32,000 nt of DNA from Gammaproteobacteria bacterium. Its GTDB lineage: Bacteria; Pseudomonadota; Gammaproteobacteria; JBIOEC01. This document shows positions 1 through 9,662 of the stretch, piece by piece; the first letter of the stretch is position 1; each line of letters opens with the position of its first letter. The notes under the pieces were generated by a model. The model did not search any database, was not told the DNA's origin, and saw nothing but the letters and a program-made list of their open reading frames with translations. The translations under genes and the position numbers were made by a program. The stretch lies in contig OZ257143.1 of assembly GCA_965279305.1 (NCBI GenBank), positions 1,080,001-1,112,000 of the forward strand. Direction: 5' to 3'.

Positions 1-1477
1 TATCAGAGGCCATGGGTAATTCGCGATAGTTTACTACGTGCTTTAATTTTTGTCCTAACTCTTTTCCATTCTCTACACCCCATTGATCAAACGGATTAAT
101 TCCCCACACGCTGGCTTGTGTGAATACTTTGTGTTCGTAGAGAGCGAGTAGTGAGCCCAATGCATAAGGTGTTAGCTCAGGGAGTACAAACGTGTTGCTG
201 GGACGGTTTCCAGAAGCTCGTTTAAAGGCTTCGCCTTCGTGTTGTCCCATCATTAACGTATGAGATTGAGCTAAGCATTGGCTAAAGAGAAAAGGATCTT
301 CATAAGTCACAATAAAATCACAAGGAATAAAAACTGTACCTTGATGCAATAATTGATGGTATGCATGCTGCCCAGTAGTACCTGTGCCACCCCATATAAC
401 GGGGCCAGTGGAATAAGCGAGAGAATGATTTTCTTGTGAAACAGATTTTCCTAAGCTTTCCATAGAAAGCTGTTGTAAATAGCTGGGTAGTAATGATAAA
501 TCTTGATGGTAAGGAAGCACGGCCATATTATTGGCATTAAAAAAGTGTATATACCACATTTCAATTAACGCGAGTAAAACAGGAATATTTTCTGCTAAAG
601 GTGCGTTTATAAAGTGTTGATCGACAAGTTCAGCACCCGCAATAAACTCTCTAAAGCCTGAAAAACCAATAGCAATACTCAGTGGTAATCCTACTGCTGA
701 CCAAATGGAATATCGTCCACCAATAGAAGTAGGAAAATCTAGAATATGATCTTGAGGTATACCAAGAGCAAGTGCTTTTTCGGGAAAAGCAGTGATCGCA
801 ATAACTTGCTTTTGCAATGCCTCTACTGTATTCATTTCTTTGCTTAACCACGCTAACACTTTATGAAAATTGTGTAAGGTTTCACTCGTGCCAAGTGATT
901 TAGAAGATAAAATAACCAAGGTGGTTAAAGGATTTAAGGTGCTTAATTTGCGCTTTAAAACCTGATCATGTTGATTGGCTATAAAATGGAAATGAATCTG
1001 GTTGTCAGAAAAACGTGACAGCGATTCGATAGACATATGAGGGCCTAAGTAAGAACCGCCTGTGCCTAAATGTATAATATCAGTAATGATATGGCCTTTA
1101 TGTAATTTCCATTCATTATCTCGTATTTGATCGCTCAATTGTTCCATTTTTTTGAACATGGGATTTATATTGATGGTTTGAGTAATACGAGATTGTAAAT
1201 GAGAGGCTGGCTGATATTCACTTTGGTTAACGATATCACCAGAGTGCAATTTTAGAATTTGTTTTTTTAGATCGCGTTTTTCGGCAAGCTCTATTAATAA
1301 TTGCAATGTTTCGGTGGTAATAAAATTTTTGGAGAAATCTATTTTTAGCGAGCCAAGTTCAGAAGAAAAAATATGAGCGCGATTTTGATCAGCAGTAAAA
1401 AGTGCTGATAAAGAAACACCTTGAAATTCTTTTTTGTGATTTTCTAGTTTCTGCCAAATTGCTAGATCCATTAACAT
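1..1477 (-). CDS. pgi: glucose-6-phosphate isomerase; the C-terminal end runs off the left window edge
   Basis: Hand translation of the minus strand from ATG (complement of 1475-1477) gives MLMDLAIWQKLENHKKEF... It contains the Pgi hallmarks GGRYSIWSAVGL, TGPVIWGGTGTTGQHAYHQLLHQG and FDQWGVENGKELG, with no stop before position 1. It is absent from the ORF track because no stop codon lies in the window. An alternative start is Met3 at 1471. Confidence 0.9.
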   Translation of the reverse strand, partial: MLMDLAIWQKLENHKKEFQGVSLSALFTADQNRAHIFSSELGSLKIDFSKNFITTETLQLLIELAEKRDLKKQILKLHSGDIVNQSEYQPASHLQSRITQTININPMFKKMEQLSDQIRDNEWKLHKGHIITDIIHLGTGGSYLGPHMSIESLSRFSDNQIHFHFIANQHDQVLKRKLSTLNPLTTLVILSSKSLGTSETLHNFHKVLAWLSKEMNTVEALQKQVIAITAFPEKALALGIPQDHILDFPTSIGGRYSIWSAVGLPLSIAIGFSGFREFIAGAELVDQHFINAPLAENIPVLLALIEMWYIHFFNANNMAVLPYHQDLSLLPSYLQQLSMESLGKSVSQENHSLAYSTGPVIWGGTGTTGQHAYHQLLHQGTVFIPCDFIVTYEDPFLFSQCLAQSHTLMMGQHEGEAFKRASGNRPSNTFVLPELTPYALGSLLALYEHKVFTQASVWGINPFDQWGVENGKELGQKLKHVVNYRELPMASD

Positions 1478-1486
1478 AATATTTTC

Positions 1487-2584
1487 TTATAGTTGGCTAA
1501 AGGGATTTATTTTTTTTAATTCAATTAATAAGGCTTCTGCTTCTTCTTTTGTGTCGGTATTGATCGTAATGTGCGCTAGTTTTCTATTGGGTTTTGCTTG
1601 TTTACCATAACTATGGTAAAACACATTCGGATGTTGCAATACTTTATCTGAATCAGGTTCTTCACCTACACAATTGAGTAAAATACTATAACCTAAACTT
1701 TGTGTGCTGCCTAAAGGTAAATCTGCAATCGCGCGTAAATGTTGTTCAAATTGGCTGGTCTCTGAGCCTTCAATGGTCCAATGGCCCGAATTATGCACAC
1801 GCGGCGCCATTTCATTGGCTAATAATTTATTTTGATAAACAAAAAATTCTACAGTTAACACACCTACATAATTCAAGTGATTTAATAATAGGGTTAAGTA
1901 TTCGTGAGCTTTAGCAGTTAATGCTTCATCTTCATAAGGAGCTCGGCTTACATGTAAAATTCCATTTTTATGTTCATTGACTACCAATGGATAAAAAACA
2001 CAATCGCCGTGTTGGTTACGTGCTGCAATTAAAGAAACTTCTTTTTCAAAGGCTATCCATCCTTCTAAAATAAGAGGAGAGAAGCCTAATGTATTCCACG
2101 CTGTTTCAATATCTGCTGGTGTGCGAATTACATACTGTCCTTTTCCGTCATAACCAAAACGTCGCGTTTTTAACACGGCAGGTAAACTTATTTTGTCACA
2201 GGCTTTTATTAAACTTTCTTTTGAATCAACGGCGACAAAAGGTGCCGTAGGAATATGTAGTGTTTGAAATAATTGTTTTTCGATTAAGCGATCTTGTGCT
2301 TGTGCTACCGCATCTGCATTAGGCCATACAGGACAAATGGTGGATAAGTATTTTAATGTATCAACCGGAATATTTTCATTTTCTAAAGTGACAATAGCCA
2401 CTTGCTCTGCAAATGTTTTTAATAATTCTTCATCGGTGTAATCACCTTGCAATACGGTGGTGACATCTCTGGCACAAGGGGTATCAGAAGGATCAACACA
2501 AAGTGTATGCCAGTCAAGCGAAGAGGCTGCTAAGGTTAGCATACGCGCTAATTGCCCGCCGCCTAAAATACCAATGGTTAGCAT
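1487..2584 (-). CDS. purK: N5-carboxyaminoimidazole ribonucleotide synthase (ATP-grasp)
   Basis: 365-aa ORF. N-terminus IGILGGGQLARML and the ATP-grasp core (PAVLKTRRFGYDGKGQ, EGWIAFEKEVSLIAAR, NEMAPRVHNSGHWT) are typical of PurK. It sits 2 nt downstream of purE. Confidence 0.9.
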   Translation of the reverse strand: MLTIGILGGGQLARMLTLAASSLDWHTLCVDPSDTPCARDVTTVLQGDYTDEELLKTFAEQVAIVTLENENIPVDTLKYLSTICPVWPNADAVAQAQDRLIEKQLFQTLHIPTAPFVAVDSKESLIKACDKISLPAVLKTRRFGYDGKGQYVIRTPADIETAWNTLGFSPLILEGWIAFEKEVSLIAARNQHGDCVFYPLVVNEHKNGILHVSRAPYEDEALTAKAHEYLTLLLNHLNYVGVLTVEFFVYQNKLLANEMAPRVHNSGHWTIEGSETSQFEQHLRAIADLPLGSTQSLGYSILLNCVGEEPDSDKVLQHPNVFYHSYGKQAKPNRKLAHITINTDTKEEAEALLIELKKINPFSQL

Positions 2585-2586
2585 AG

Positions 2587-3102
2587 TTAATCCGGTAGTC
2601 TCATATCGAGCACATGATGCGTTTGTTTAGAACGCCATTCTTCTAATATTGGAGTAATCTCTGGATATTTGTTCGCTAAAATAGCAGCGGCTAATAATGC
2701 GGCATTAATAGCGCCCGGTTTTCCAATCGCTAACGTGCCAACAGGGATCCCGCCTGGCATTTGCACAATAGATAACAATGAATCCAGCCCTTGAAGAGAA
2801 GTGGATTCAATAGGAACACCTAATACAGGTAATAATGTTTTAGACGCTACCATTCCAGGTAAATGAGCGGCTCCGCCAGCACCTGCAATAATCACTTCTA
2901 TACCGCGTTCTGCCGCTTCGGTTGCATATTCATAAAGTAAGTCGGGTGTGCGATGTGCTGAAACAATCTTTTTTTCAAAAGGGATCCCTAGAGCATCTAG
3001 CGTATCAGCCGTATGTTCCAGTGTGGTCCAATCACTTTTAGAACCCATAATAAGACCCACTAAAGGCGTGGAACTGGAATGATGCGGGGTTTTTTTTGTC
3101 AT
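2587..3102 (-). CDS. purE: N5-CAIR mutase (class I PurE)
   Basis: 171-aa ORF with [16 protein letters not shown] and [13 protein letters not shown] motifs. Forms the conserved purE-purK pair. Confidence 0.93.
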   Translation of the reverse strand: MTKKTPHHSSSTPLVGLIMGSKSDWTTLEHTADTLDALGIPFEKKIVSAHRTPDLLYEYATEAAERGIEVIIAGAGGAAHLPGMVASKTLLPVLGVPIESTSLQGLDSLLSIVQMPGGIPVGTLAIGKPGAINAALLAAAILANKYPEITPILEEWRSKQTHHVLDMRLPD

Positions 3103-3113
3103 GAAATATCCTA

Positions 3114-3677
3114 TCAGCGCATAATAGATTGAGATTGTAAATCACGAATTTCGGTAGGTCTACCTAATCCTCCCAAAGGGGCGTCCAAAATATAGTCAAT
3201 TTCACCTTCTGCAAAGATTTTCTTCACTTCATTTGCCGATATTGCAGGCGGCTCATCAGAGCGGTTAGCGCTGGTTGAGACTATAGCTTGTCCTAATGCT
3301 TGGCAGATAGCCGATAGCTCTGGGTGCTTGGTTATTCTAATCGCCACAGTGGGCTTATTTCCATGGATAAGCGGTTCTACCCCTGTTTTTACTGGAGCTA
3401 GCCAGGTTATAGGGGTTGGCCATGTGGTAATACGCTCATATTGCTCGGGCGAAAGAGCCTCAATATAGGACTCTAGCTGGTCTATATCGCTTCCTACGAG
3501 GATAAAGCCTTTGGATTCATCTCTTTGTTTGATGCGACAGATGCGCTTGAGAGCGTCTAGATGGGTGGGTAGGCAGCTGAGTCCGTAAACGCCTTCGGTT
3601 GGAAGCGCTGCAATACCACCTTGTTTAAGGATATGAACGGCCTCTTTAATTGTTTTTGAGCTTGGAGAGTTGCCCAT
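3114..3677 (-). CDS. tsaC: threonylcarbamoyl-AMP synthase (YrdC/Sua5 family, short form)
   Basis: 187 aa. The motifs [40 protein letters not shown] and PTEIRD are colinear with E. coli TsaC/YrdC. Confidence 0.85.
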   Translation of the reverse strand: MGNSPSSKTIKEAVHILKQGGIAALPTEGVYGLSCLPTHLDALKRICRIKQRDESKGFILVGSDIDQLESYIEALSPEQYERITTWPTPITWLAPVKTGVEPLIHGNKPTVAIRITKHPELSAICQALGQAIVSTSANRSDEPPAISANEVKKIFAEGEIDYILDAPLGGLGRPTEIRDLQSQSIMR

Positions 3678-3816
3678 AAGAGCCCCCTATAACACTAATG
3701 TAACACTAAGAATTTTTTAAGAGGAAGGATTATACCTGATCCTACTTTCTTAAGAAAGCCCACCTTAAAATCATTAAAAATCAATAGGTTACAGCCTTTG
3801 GAGTGAGGTCGTCTCA

Positions 3817-3845
3817 TTGACGAATACAGTAATATAAGTTATAAT
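3817..3845 (+). promoter_or_regulatory. near-consensus sigma70-type promoter for the 557-aa ORF
   Basis: TTGACG (3817-3822), a 17-nt spacer, then TATAAT (3840-3845). It lies about 80 nt upstream of the ATG at 3925 in an AT-rich divergent intergenic region. Confidence 0.45.
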
Positions 3846-3924
3846 TCAAACATAAATATAGCCTAAAGTTTATTAGAAATTTATAGGGCAAATTAAATAA
3901 CTGAGGATTTTTACAGTCAATATT

Positions 3925-5598
3925 ATGGTAGCAAACGTAAGAACGCCCGAACAAATCGCAATCGCGGAAGAAGCCTTATTCATCCATGTATCCGATTTAC
4001 CTGAAAATTTAGATCAGTATTACTCAAGTCATAAAACAGCGAAAGCCACTCAATTGGGTGTACAGGATCAGATAAAATTGGTGGCTGGTCTTCGAAGTAT
4101 TTTGCGTAATAAAAATTATGACAAACCTGGAAAATTGGAAAGCGAATTAGAACGAATAACAGTAGATGCTAACGTCGCCAAAAAAGCGATGGGTCAATTG
4201 GTCAATCTGCCTACTGCGGTTAAACGTGAAGTGTTTGGTTTTGATAAAAATATTACTGATGCTGGTGTAGAGCAAGCATTTCAATATTGGGTTTCTGGAT
4301 CCAGTATCGTTTTAGATTTGAATGGTGATCCTGCTACGGATGAAAAAGCTACCCAAATCGCCAAAGAAATCACCAGAGCTCCAAGTGCTAAAAAGGAACC
4401 GCGTATTTTGGGAGAAGAATATGATCCTAATATGGTTGAAATGATAGAAAGACATGCCGCCCAAGCGGGCAGACCTGTTACTCCCGTGTCACCAACCGAA
4501 GATATCCCTATTTATAAATCTCTTGATTTTAATACCCAAGGTTTTGAAGCCATTGTTCAGGCTTTAGGTAATGGTTTTATTCTACGAAATATAGATGTTG
4601 GCTTTTTTACCCCACCTGAAAATACAAGCTTATTAGATAGGGCAGCAAGAGTTTTAACCCGAACAAGCAAAGATAAAAACGCTGTATCAGCAGATGCGGT
4701 TGTGGCTTTAGCTAAAATATTACCAGCTCTAGATGCTGATACTTTGAGTTTTAGAGCATGGAATGGATTAGAAGAAGGCGCATTAAATGCGGTTATCGCC
4801 GGTATGGCAAATAATGGACATATTCGAATATTAGATATATCCGGTAGTAAAGTAAGTGAAAATACGGGTAAAGCTTTAGGTCGGATGTTAGCTGAAAATA
4901 AAGGTTTGTTAAGTGTGGTGGTAGATAATTGTTTTTTTGATGTACATGCTTTTAAACCTATACATGCTGGTGTAGAAAAAAATCATAACATCATTAAATT
5001 TGATATTAGTCGTGCTTCCAGTTTCGTTCCGGGTTCTAAAGAATTAGGATCGGTACGTGATATAGCGTTTCATGCTACGAATAGTGATGCGGCTGTCGAA
5101 GCCTGGGGCACAAGAATAGAAAATATACTTTATATGCATCAGTCAGAAGCTGATGCGGCCGTTTTAAAATCGGCTGAAGCAGCAGAAGAAACAGGCTCGG
5201 ATGTTGAGCCAGAAGGTCCAGCTGTTTCGAATATATTGTTCCAAGCTGAATCTAACCTTGCACAAGTGAGAAAGAATAATTTAAAAATCGTTCGTGCTCC
5301 TGCATCACCTGCAAGTAGCGTTTCAAGTTTATCGGGTTCTTCCTCTATGTCTGCCAGTACCGCGAGTATGACATCAGTGGGAACACCTTCAAGTCCAATA
5401 TCACCTGCAACGTCTTCATCATTGTTGTCGGTACCTTCATCACCTGTTCGCAGCAGAATGGTGAGAGCACCTTCTAGAGAAACGCCTCCTGTTTCACCTG
5501 TGGCTTCTCCTAGTGTTGCTAGAAAATTGGTAGTGGCTCCTGTGCCTCAGGGTGTGGATGGTCCTACTCCAAAACCGTCGTCTCCTTCTCCTAAATAA
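3925..5598 (+). CDS. hypothetical protein with RNI/RanGAP-type leucine-rich repeats and a Ser/Pro-rich C-terminal tail (effector-like)
   Basis: 557-aa ORF. Residues ~198-364 (nt ~4516-5016) show a 28-29-residue periodicity of the ribonuclease-inhibitor LRR type, e.g. NGLEEGALNAVIAGMANNGHIRILDISGS, KVSENTGKALGRMLAENKGLLSVVVDNC and FFDVHAFKPIHAGVEKNHNIIKFDISRA. The last ~105 residues are low-complexity S/P/A/V. I recognise no enzymatic motif. Confidence 0.6.
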   Translation: MVANVRTPEQIAIAEEALFIHVSDLPENLDQYYSSHKTAKATQLGVQDQIKLVAGLRSILRNKNYDKPGKLESELERITVDANVAKKAMGQLVNLPTAVKREVFGFDKNITDAGVEQAFQYWVSGSSIVLDLNGDPATDEKATQIAKEITRAPSAKKEPRILGEEYDPNMVEMIERHAAQAGRPVTPVSPTEDIPIYKSLDFNTQGFEAIVQALGNGFILRNIDVGFFTPPENTSLLDRAARVLTRTSKDKNAVSADAVVALAKILPALDADTLSFRAWNGLEEGALNAVIAGMANNGHIRILDISGSKVSENTGKALGRMLAENKGLLSVVVDNCFFDVHAFKPIHAGVEKNHNIIKFDISRASSFVPGSKELGSVRDIAFHATNSDAAVEAWGTRIENILYMHQSEADAAVLKSAEAAEETGSDVEPEGPAVSNILFQAESNLAQVRKNNLKIVRAPASPASSVSSLSGSSSMSASTASMTSVGTPSSPISPATSSSLLSVPSSPVRSRMVRAPSRETPPVSPVASPSVARKLVVAPVPQGVDGPTPKPSSPSPK

Positions 5599-5666
5599 GG
5601 TTCTCTATCCTTTATAATCCGAGAATGGTATTCTATTAACTTCATGTTAAGTATTAGGTTTAATCT

Positions 5667-6698
5667 ATGTCTGAGATCCGTCTTGCTATTGTAGGTGCCA
5701 CCGGAGTGGTTGGTCAGGCTATGCTCGCGTGTTTAGAAGAACGACGCTTTCCTGTGTCTGAATTATATGCTGTAGCGAGTCAGCGCTCTGCTGGCACATC
5801 GGTTACATTTAATGGTAAATCGTATCCTGTAAAAGCGTTAGATACTTTTGATTTTTCCAAAGTAGATATTGCTTTATTTTCGGCAGGTTCTCAGCGTGCA
5901 TTAGATTACGCACCAAAAGCCGCCGCTGCTGGGTGTGTAGTGATCGATAACAGCTCTGCGTTTCGTCGCGATCCCCATGTTCCTTTAATTATTCCTGAAG
6001 TAAACGGTGATGCTTTAAAAGGATTTGATAGAAAATCCGGTAAAAAAATGATTATTGCTAATCCTAATTGTTCTACTATGCAAATGTTAGTGGTGTTAAA
6101 ACCCATTTATGATGCAGCAGGCATTAGTCGTATTAACGTTGCTACGTATCAATCTGTTTCAGGCTCAGGAAAAGCAGCTATTGATGAATTAAAAGATCAA
6201 ATTCATGCTTGGTCAGAAAAAAGACCTTTAAAAAATAATATATATCCGGTGCCCATTGCATTTAATGTGATCCCTCACATTGATACGTTTGAAGAAAATG
6301 GTTACACCAAAGAAGAAATGAAAATGGTATATGAAACTCAGAAAATTTTGGGTGACGATACTATTCAAGTCAATCCTACGGCTGTGCGTGTTCCTGTTTT
6401 TTACGGACACTCTGAAGCCGTGCATATTGAAACGCGTAAAAAAATAAGTGCGCAAGAAGTGAAAGCATTATTATGCAAAGCCTCGGGGGTTCAGGTGATG
6501 GATGGATGCGAACCTGGACAATACCCAACACCGGCTATGCATGGAGAGGGAACTAACCCCGTGTATGTGGGGCGGATCCGTGAAGATGTAAGCCATCCAC
6601 AAGGTATTGATTTATGGATAGTGGCTGATAATATTCGCAAAGGTGCCGCTCTTAATGCCGTGCAGATTGCCGAATATTTACTGCAACATTACTGGTAA
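5667..6698 (+). CDS. asd: aspartate-semialdehyde dehydrogenase family protein (short Asd / USG-1 type)
   Basis: 343 aa with VGATGVVGQ (NAD(P) fold), the IIANPNCSTMQM active-site Cys motif, YQSVSGSGKAAIDEL, VPVFYGHSEAVH and ADNIRKGAALNAVQIAE. Its position upstream of fimV-truA matches the asd/usg-fimV-truA arrangement of other gammaproteobacteria. Confidence 0.8.
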   Translation: MSEIRLAIVGATGVVGQAMLACLEERRFPVSELYAVASQRSAGTSVTFNGKSYPVKALDTFDFSKVDIALFSAGSQRALDYAPKAAAAGCVVIDNSSAFRRDPHVPLIIPEVNGDALKGFDRKSGKKMIIANPNCSTMQMLVVLKPIYDAAGISRINVATYQSVSGSGKAAIDELKDQIHAWSEKRPLKNNIYPVPIAFNVIPHIDTFEENGYTKEEMKMVYETQKILGDDTIQVNPTAVRVPVFYGHSEAVHIETRKKISAQEVKALLCKASGVQVMDGCEPGQYPTPAMHGEGTNPVYVGRIREDVSHPQGIDLWIVADNIRKGAALNAVQIAEYLLQHYW

Positions 6699-6799
6699 AT
6701 TATTACACTTGACGGATGCCATCTGCTATACGTCTGCTATAATAGTTAAATCGGTTTGGATTGGCAGTTAGTTAGGTAGTACTTTTAAAGGAATAAAGC

Positions 6800-8797
6800 A
6801 TGAACACCTACTGGCTTACCCGCAGAAATTTTACCTATAAGCACTTTATTGGTGCGATAGCGTTAAGCCTTAGCTTATCTAGCACCGCTTTATCCTTAGA
6901 TTTAGGTGAAATGGAAGTTATCTCTGAGCCTGGTCAACCCTTCAGAGCAACTGTTCGCGTTATCGATATTCCCAAAAATGCTTCTCACTTATCTGTTGGT
7001 TTAGCTTCTAAGTCCGAGTACTCAGAAGCCATGATTGAAATGGATCCTGAATTAAAAGAATTAGAATTTGTAGGCATCAAAAAACAAAAGGGCGGCTACT
7101 TTATTTTTATCGAATCTGATAAAAATATGGAAGGGGAGTCGTTGCATATGTTGTTGGCGCTTAAAGGTCCTCACTCTCGTGTGCTTCGTGAATATGTAGT
7201 GATTGAGGAAGAGAATATTTATTCATCACATGCACAACCTTCGCTTATTGAATTAACAGAAGTTAAAAGACCTAGAGGCCGTATCGAACTGCCTTTACCC
7301 TATATTGCTGTGGCTTATTCAGAGCCTGAAGTGGAAGTTGTTGACGAAATTTATATTAAAGAAGAAAGAGTGGGTGATGTTCGAAGTATTGAAATAAAAG
7401 AAACGCATACTCATAAGCCAAGACATGAACCTCAAGTGTATTCTCAAGCACAATATCAGGTACGCGAAGGTGACAACTTGTGGACGATTGCAGAAGAAGT
7501 GCAAGAAGGAACTGACGCTACTTTCTATCAAGTATTAGCGGCTTTATATGAAGCGAACCCCAATGCGTTTATCAATAATAATATTAATCAATTACGCAGA
7601 GGCGCTACGTTAACCATTCCAAGTACTACCGTTATTTCTTCAACCAGTTCAGAATCGGTTCGTGAAGTGAAAGCACAATTAGGTGGATACGCGACTGAGC
7701 CTGTTCAATCTGCTGCTGTTGACGATGAAAGTATTTTCGAAGCTTTAGAAAAAGGAATTACTTCTACTTCTACAGCTGCATCTAAATCTGCACAATTGCA
7801 AATTTTAACTCCTACAGAAACAGATGAAGCCGCTGGAACGAATGGTGTTGAGAGTTCCAATGAAGCAATGGCATTAATGAATGAAGAGTTAGTGCAAGCA
7901 GAGCGTGAAAATGAAGAACTCATGATGCGCGTTCAATCATTGCAAACACAAATTAATACCTTGCAAGAAATGTTACAAGTGCGTGAAGAACATGCCTCCG
8001 GCATTGCACCTGAAATAAATTCCTCTACGCATCCTGATAATAGGGGTAACGTAGATGAAATATTAATTATAGAAGAAGCGGGTGGTTCCTCTAATGTAAT
8101 TCAATCACATGATCCAGCGGCTGTTGAAATGAAACCCACCGAATGGGTTGACTCTGGCGGCTTATGGAAAAACTTAACCAGTAGCCAATGGTTTAATTAT
8201 TTAGCATTAGGATTAGGCGTTATTATTTTATTATTAGTGTCTATGGCGCTTTTTGGTCGTCGTAAAACGTTGGTAAGAAGAAAAAGATCATCGCCTATGA
8301 TGTCTGAACCTGTGGTAGAAAAAACCGTGAAGAGAAGCGATATTCGTCCTCAACAAAATACTCAGCCCCAGAACAATCAGGCACAGAGCACTCAAGCGAA
8401 ACCATCTGTTCAATCTAAGCCAGCACCTTCTAATAATGCTGCACAACAAACAACTAAAAGTACATCAGCAGCACCTGCGATTAAAGCCGCCGTAGCCGCG
8501 CGTACCGAAAACCGCGTAGAAGCTAAACCAGAAGCCAAAGTGCAGCCATCTGCACAGCAGGCTCCAAAAACGGCTGAAAAAGTGGTAGAATCTCACGCTA
8601 AACCCGCACATTCTCATGGTTATGTAGAAGAAGATAAAGTGGCGGCTAAATTAGATTTAGCCAAAGCCTATCATGAGTTGGGTGATGATGATAACGCCGT
8701 TTCTTTATTACAAGAAGTATTATGGGAAGGCGATACCAAACAGCGTAAATCAGCCCAAGAATGGCTGGCCAGAATAGACGACGAACGAAAGATATAA
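6800..8797 (+). CDS. fimV: FimV-like peptidoglycan-binding (LysM) membrane protein
   Basis: 665 aa. Features in order: signal/anchor N-terminus, the FimV N-terminal motif LDLGEMEVISEPGQPF, a LysM domain (YQVREGDNLWTIAEEV...LRRGATLTIP, nt ~7454-7625), a coiled-coil segment, and a TM helix (WFNYLALGLGVIILLLVSMALFG). A Q/A/P-rich low-complexity region follows, then the FimV C-terminal TPR-like motif LDLAKAYHELGDDDNAVSLLQEVL. Confidence 0.85.
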   Translation: MNTYWLTRRNFTYKHFIGAIALSLSLSSTALSLDLGEMEVISEPGQPFRATVRVIDIPKNASHLSVGLASKSEYSEAMIEMDPELKELEFVGIKKQKGGYFIFIESDKNMEGESLHMLLALKGPHSRVLREYVVIEEENIYSSHAQPSLIELTEVKRPRGRIELPLPYIAVAYSEPEVEVVDEIYIKEERVGDVRSIEIKETHTHKPRHEPQVYSQAQYQVREGDNLWTIAEEVQEGTDATFYQVLAALYEANPNAFINNNINQLRRGATLTIPSTTVISSTSSESVREVKAQLGGYATEPVQSAAVDDESIFEALEKGITSTSTAASKSAQLQILTPTETDEAAGTNGVESSNEAMALMNEELVQAERENEELMMRVQSLQTQINTLQEMLQVREEHASGIAPEINSSTHPDNRGNVDEILIIEEAGGSSNVIQSHDPAAVEMKPTEWVDSGGLWKNLTSSQWFNYLALGLGVIILLLVSMALFGRRKTLVRRKRSSPMMSEPVVEKTVKRSDIRPQQNTQPQNNQAQSTQAKPSVQSKPAPSNNAAQQTTKSTSAAPAIKAAVAARTENRVEAKPEAKVQPSAQQAPKTAEKVVESHAKPAHSHGYVEEDKVAAKLDLAKAYHELGDDDNAVSLLQEVLWEGDTKQRKSAQEWLARIDDERKI

Positions 8798-8803
8798 AGT
8801 AGT

Positions 8804-9583
8804 ATGTTTAATATTGTCTTGCACGTGGAGTACAACGGATCCGCCTACCATGGATTCCAGCGTCAAAAAACCCTTCCCACCATTCAACTCTGTTTAGAGC
8901 AAGCCCTTAGCCATGTGGCCGATCAGCCTATTACGGTTTATTCAGCAGGCCGTACCGATGCTGGTGTGCATGCAACGGGGCAAGTTATTCATTTTAATGC
9001 CCCTGTTGAGCGTGATCTACGAGCCTGGTCTATTGGCATTAACCAATATTTACCGTCCGATATTGCTATTAGAAATGTCACTCCTATGCCTGATGATTTT
9101 CATGCGCGATACAGCGCTGTTTCACGCACCTATCGATATGTGATCAATAACCATGCTTTACGCTATGGTTTGTGGAATTCGTTAACTACGCATTATCCTA
9201 TGAATCTTGATGTAGATTTAATGCAGCAGGGCGCTAACTTTTTATTAGGCGAACATGATTTTTCGGCTTTCCGAGGCGGAGATTGCCAAGCCAAAAGCCC
9301 CATAAGAACAGTAGAATTTTGTCGTATTACGCGCCATCAAGACTTTATATTTATTGATATTCAGGCCAATGCTTTTTTGCACCATATGGTTCGCAATATC
9401 GTGGGCTCTTTGGTAGCGATTGGGAAAGGGCTTGAATCGCCTGAATGGATAAAGGAAGTGATAGCAGGTAAAGATAGGAGAGAGGCCGCCATGATGATGC
9501 CTGCCCAAGGGCTCTATTTAGTAGGCGTAAAGTATCCTGAACCTTTTGAGAAAGCCACGACCCTAGTTTTGCCTCATTTCTAA
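8804..9583 (+). CDS. truA: tRNA pseudouridine(38-40) synthase
   Basis: 259 aa with EYNGSAYHGFQRQ, the catalytic SAGRTDAGVHATGQV motif, YRY, FLHHMVRNIVG and GLYL. Confidence 0.92.
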   Translation: MFNIVLHVEYNGSAYHGFQRQKTLPTIQLCLEQALSHVADQPITVYSAGRTDAGVHATGQVIHFNAPVERDLRAWSIGINQYLPSDIAIRNVTPMPDDFHARYSAVSRTYRYVINNHALRYGLWNSLTTHYPMNLDVDLMQQGANFLLGEHDFSAFRGGDCQAKSPIRTVEFCRITRHQDFIFIDIQANAFLHHMVRNIVGSLVAIGKGLESPEWIKEVIAGKDRREAAMMMPAQGLYLVGVKYPEPFEKATTLVLPHF

Positions 9584-9662
9584 GCCCCAATACGGTTCCC
9601 CTTGCTCATTAGGGCGGTACCCTTTAAAATGCTCATACTACATTTACCATTAAGGCTGTCAC

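Noticed and set aside
3765-3783. Tandem TTAAAATCA/TTAAAAATCA upstream of the LRR gene as a PmrA-type (TTAA-N7-TTAA) effector-regulon box.
   Set aside because: The repeat period is 9 nt rather than the ~11 nt of the Legionella/Coxiella PmrA site as I recall it. It also lies ~35-50 nt upstream of the -35 element instead of overlapping it. In AT-rich DNA this is likely chance.
651-9590. Small ORFs 651-851, 1702-1914, 5906-6106, 6228-6455, 7319-7531, 7705-7923, 8913-9143, 9245-9508 and 9351-9590.
   Set aside because: Each overlaps a well-supported conserved gene (pgi, purK, asd, fimV or truA) on the opposite strand or in another frame, and each translates to implausible sequence.
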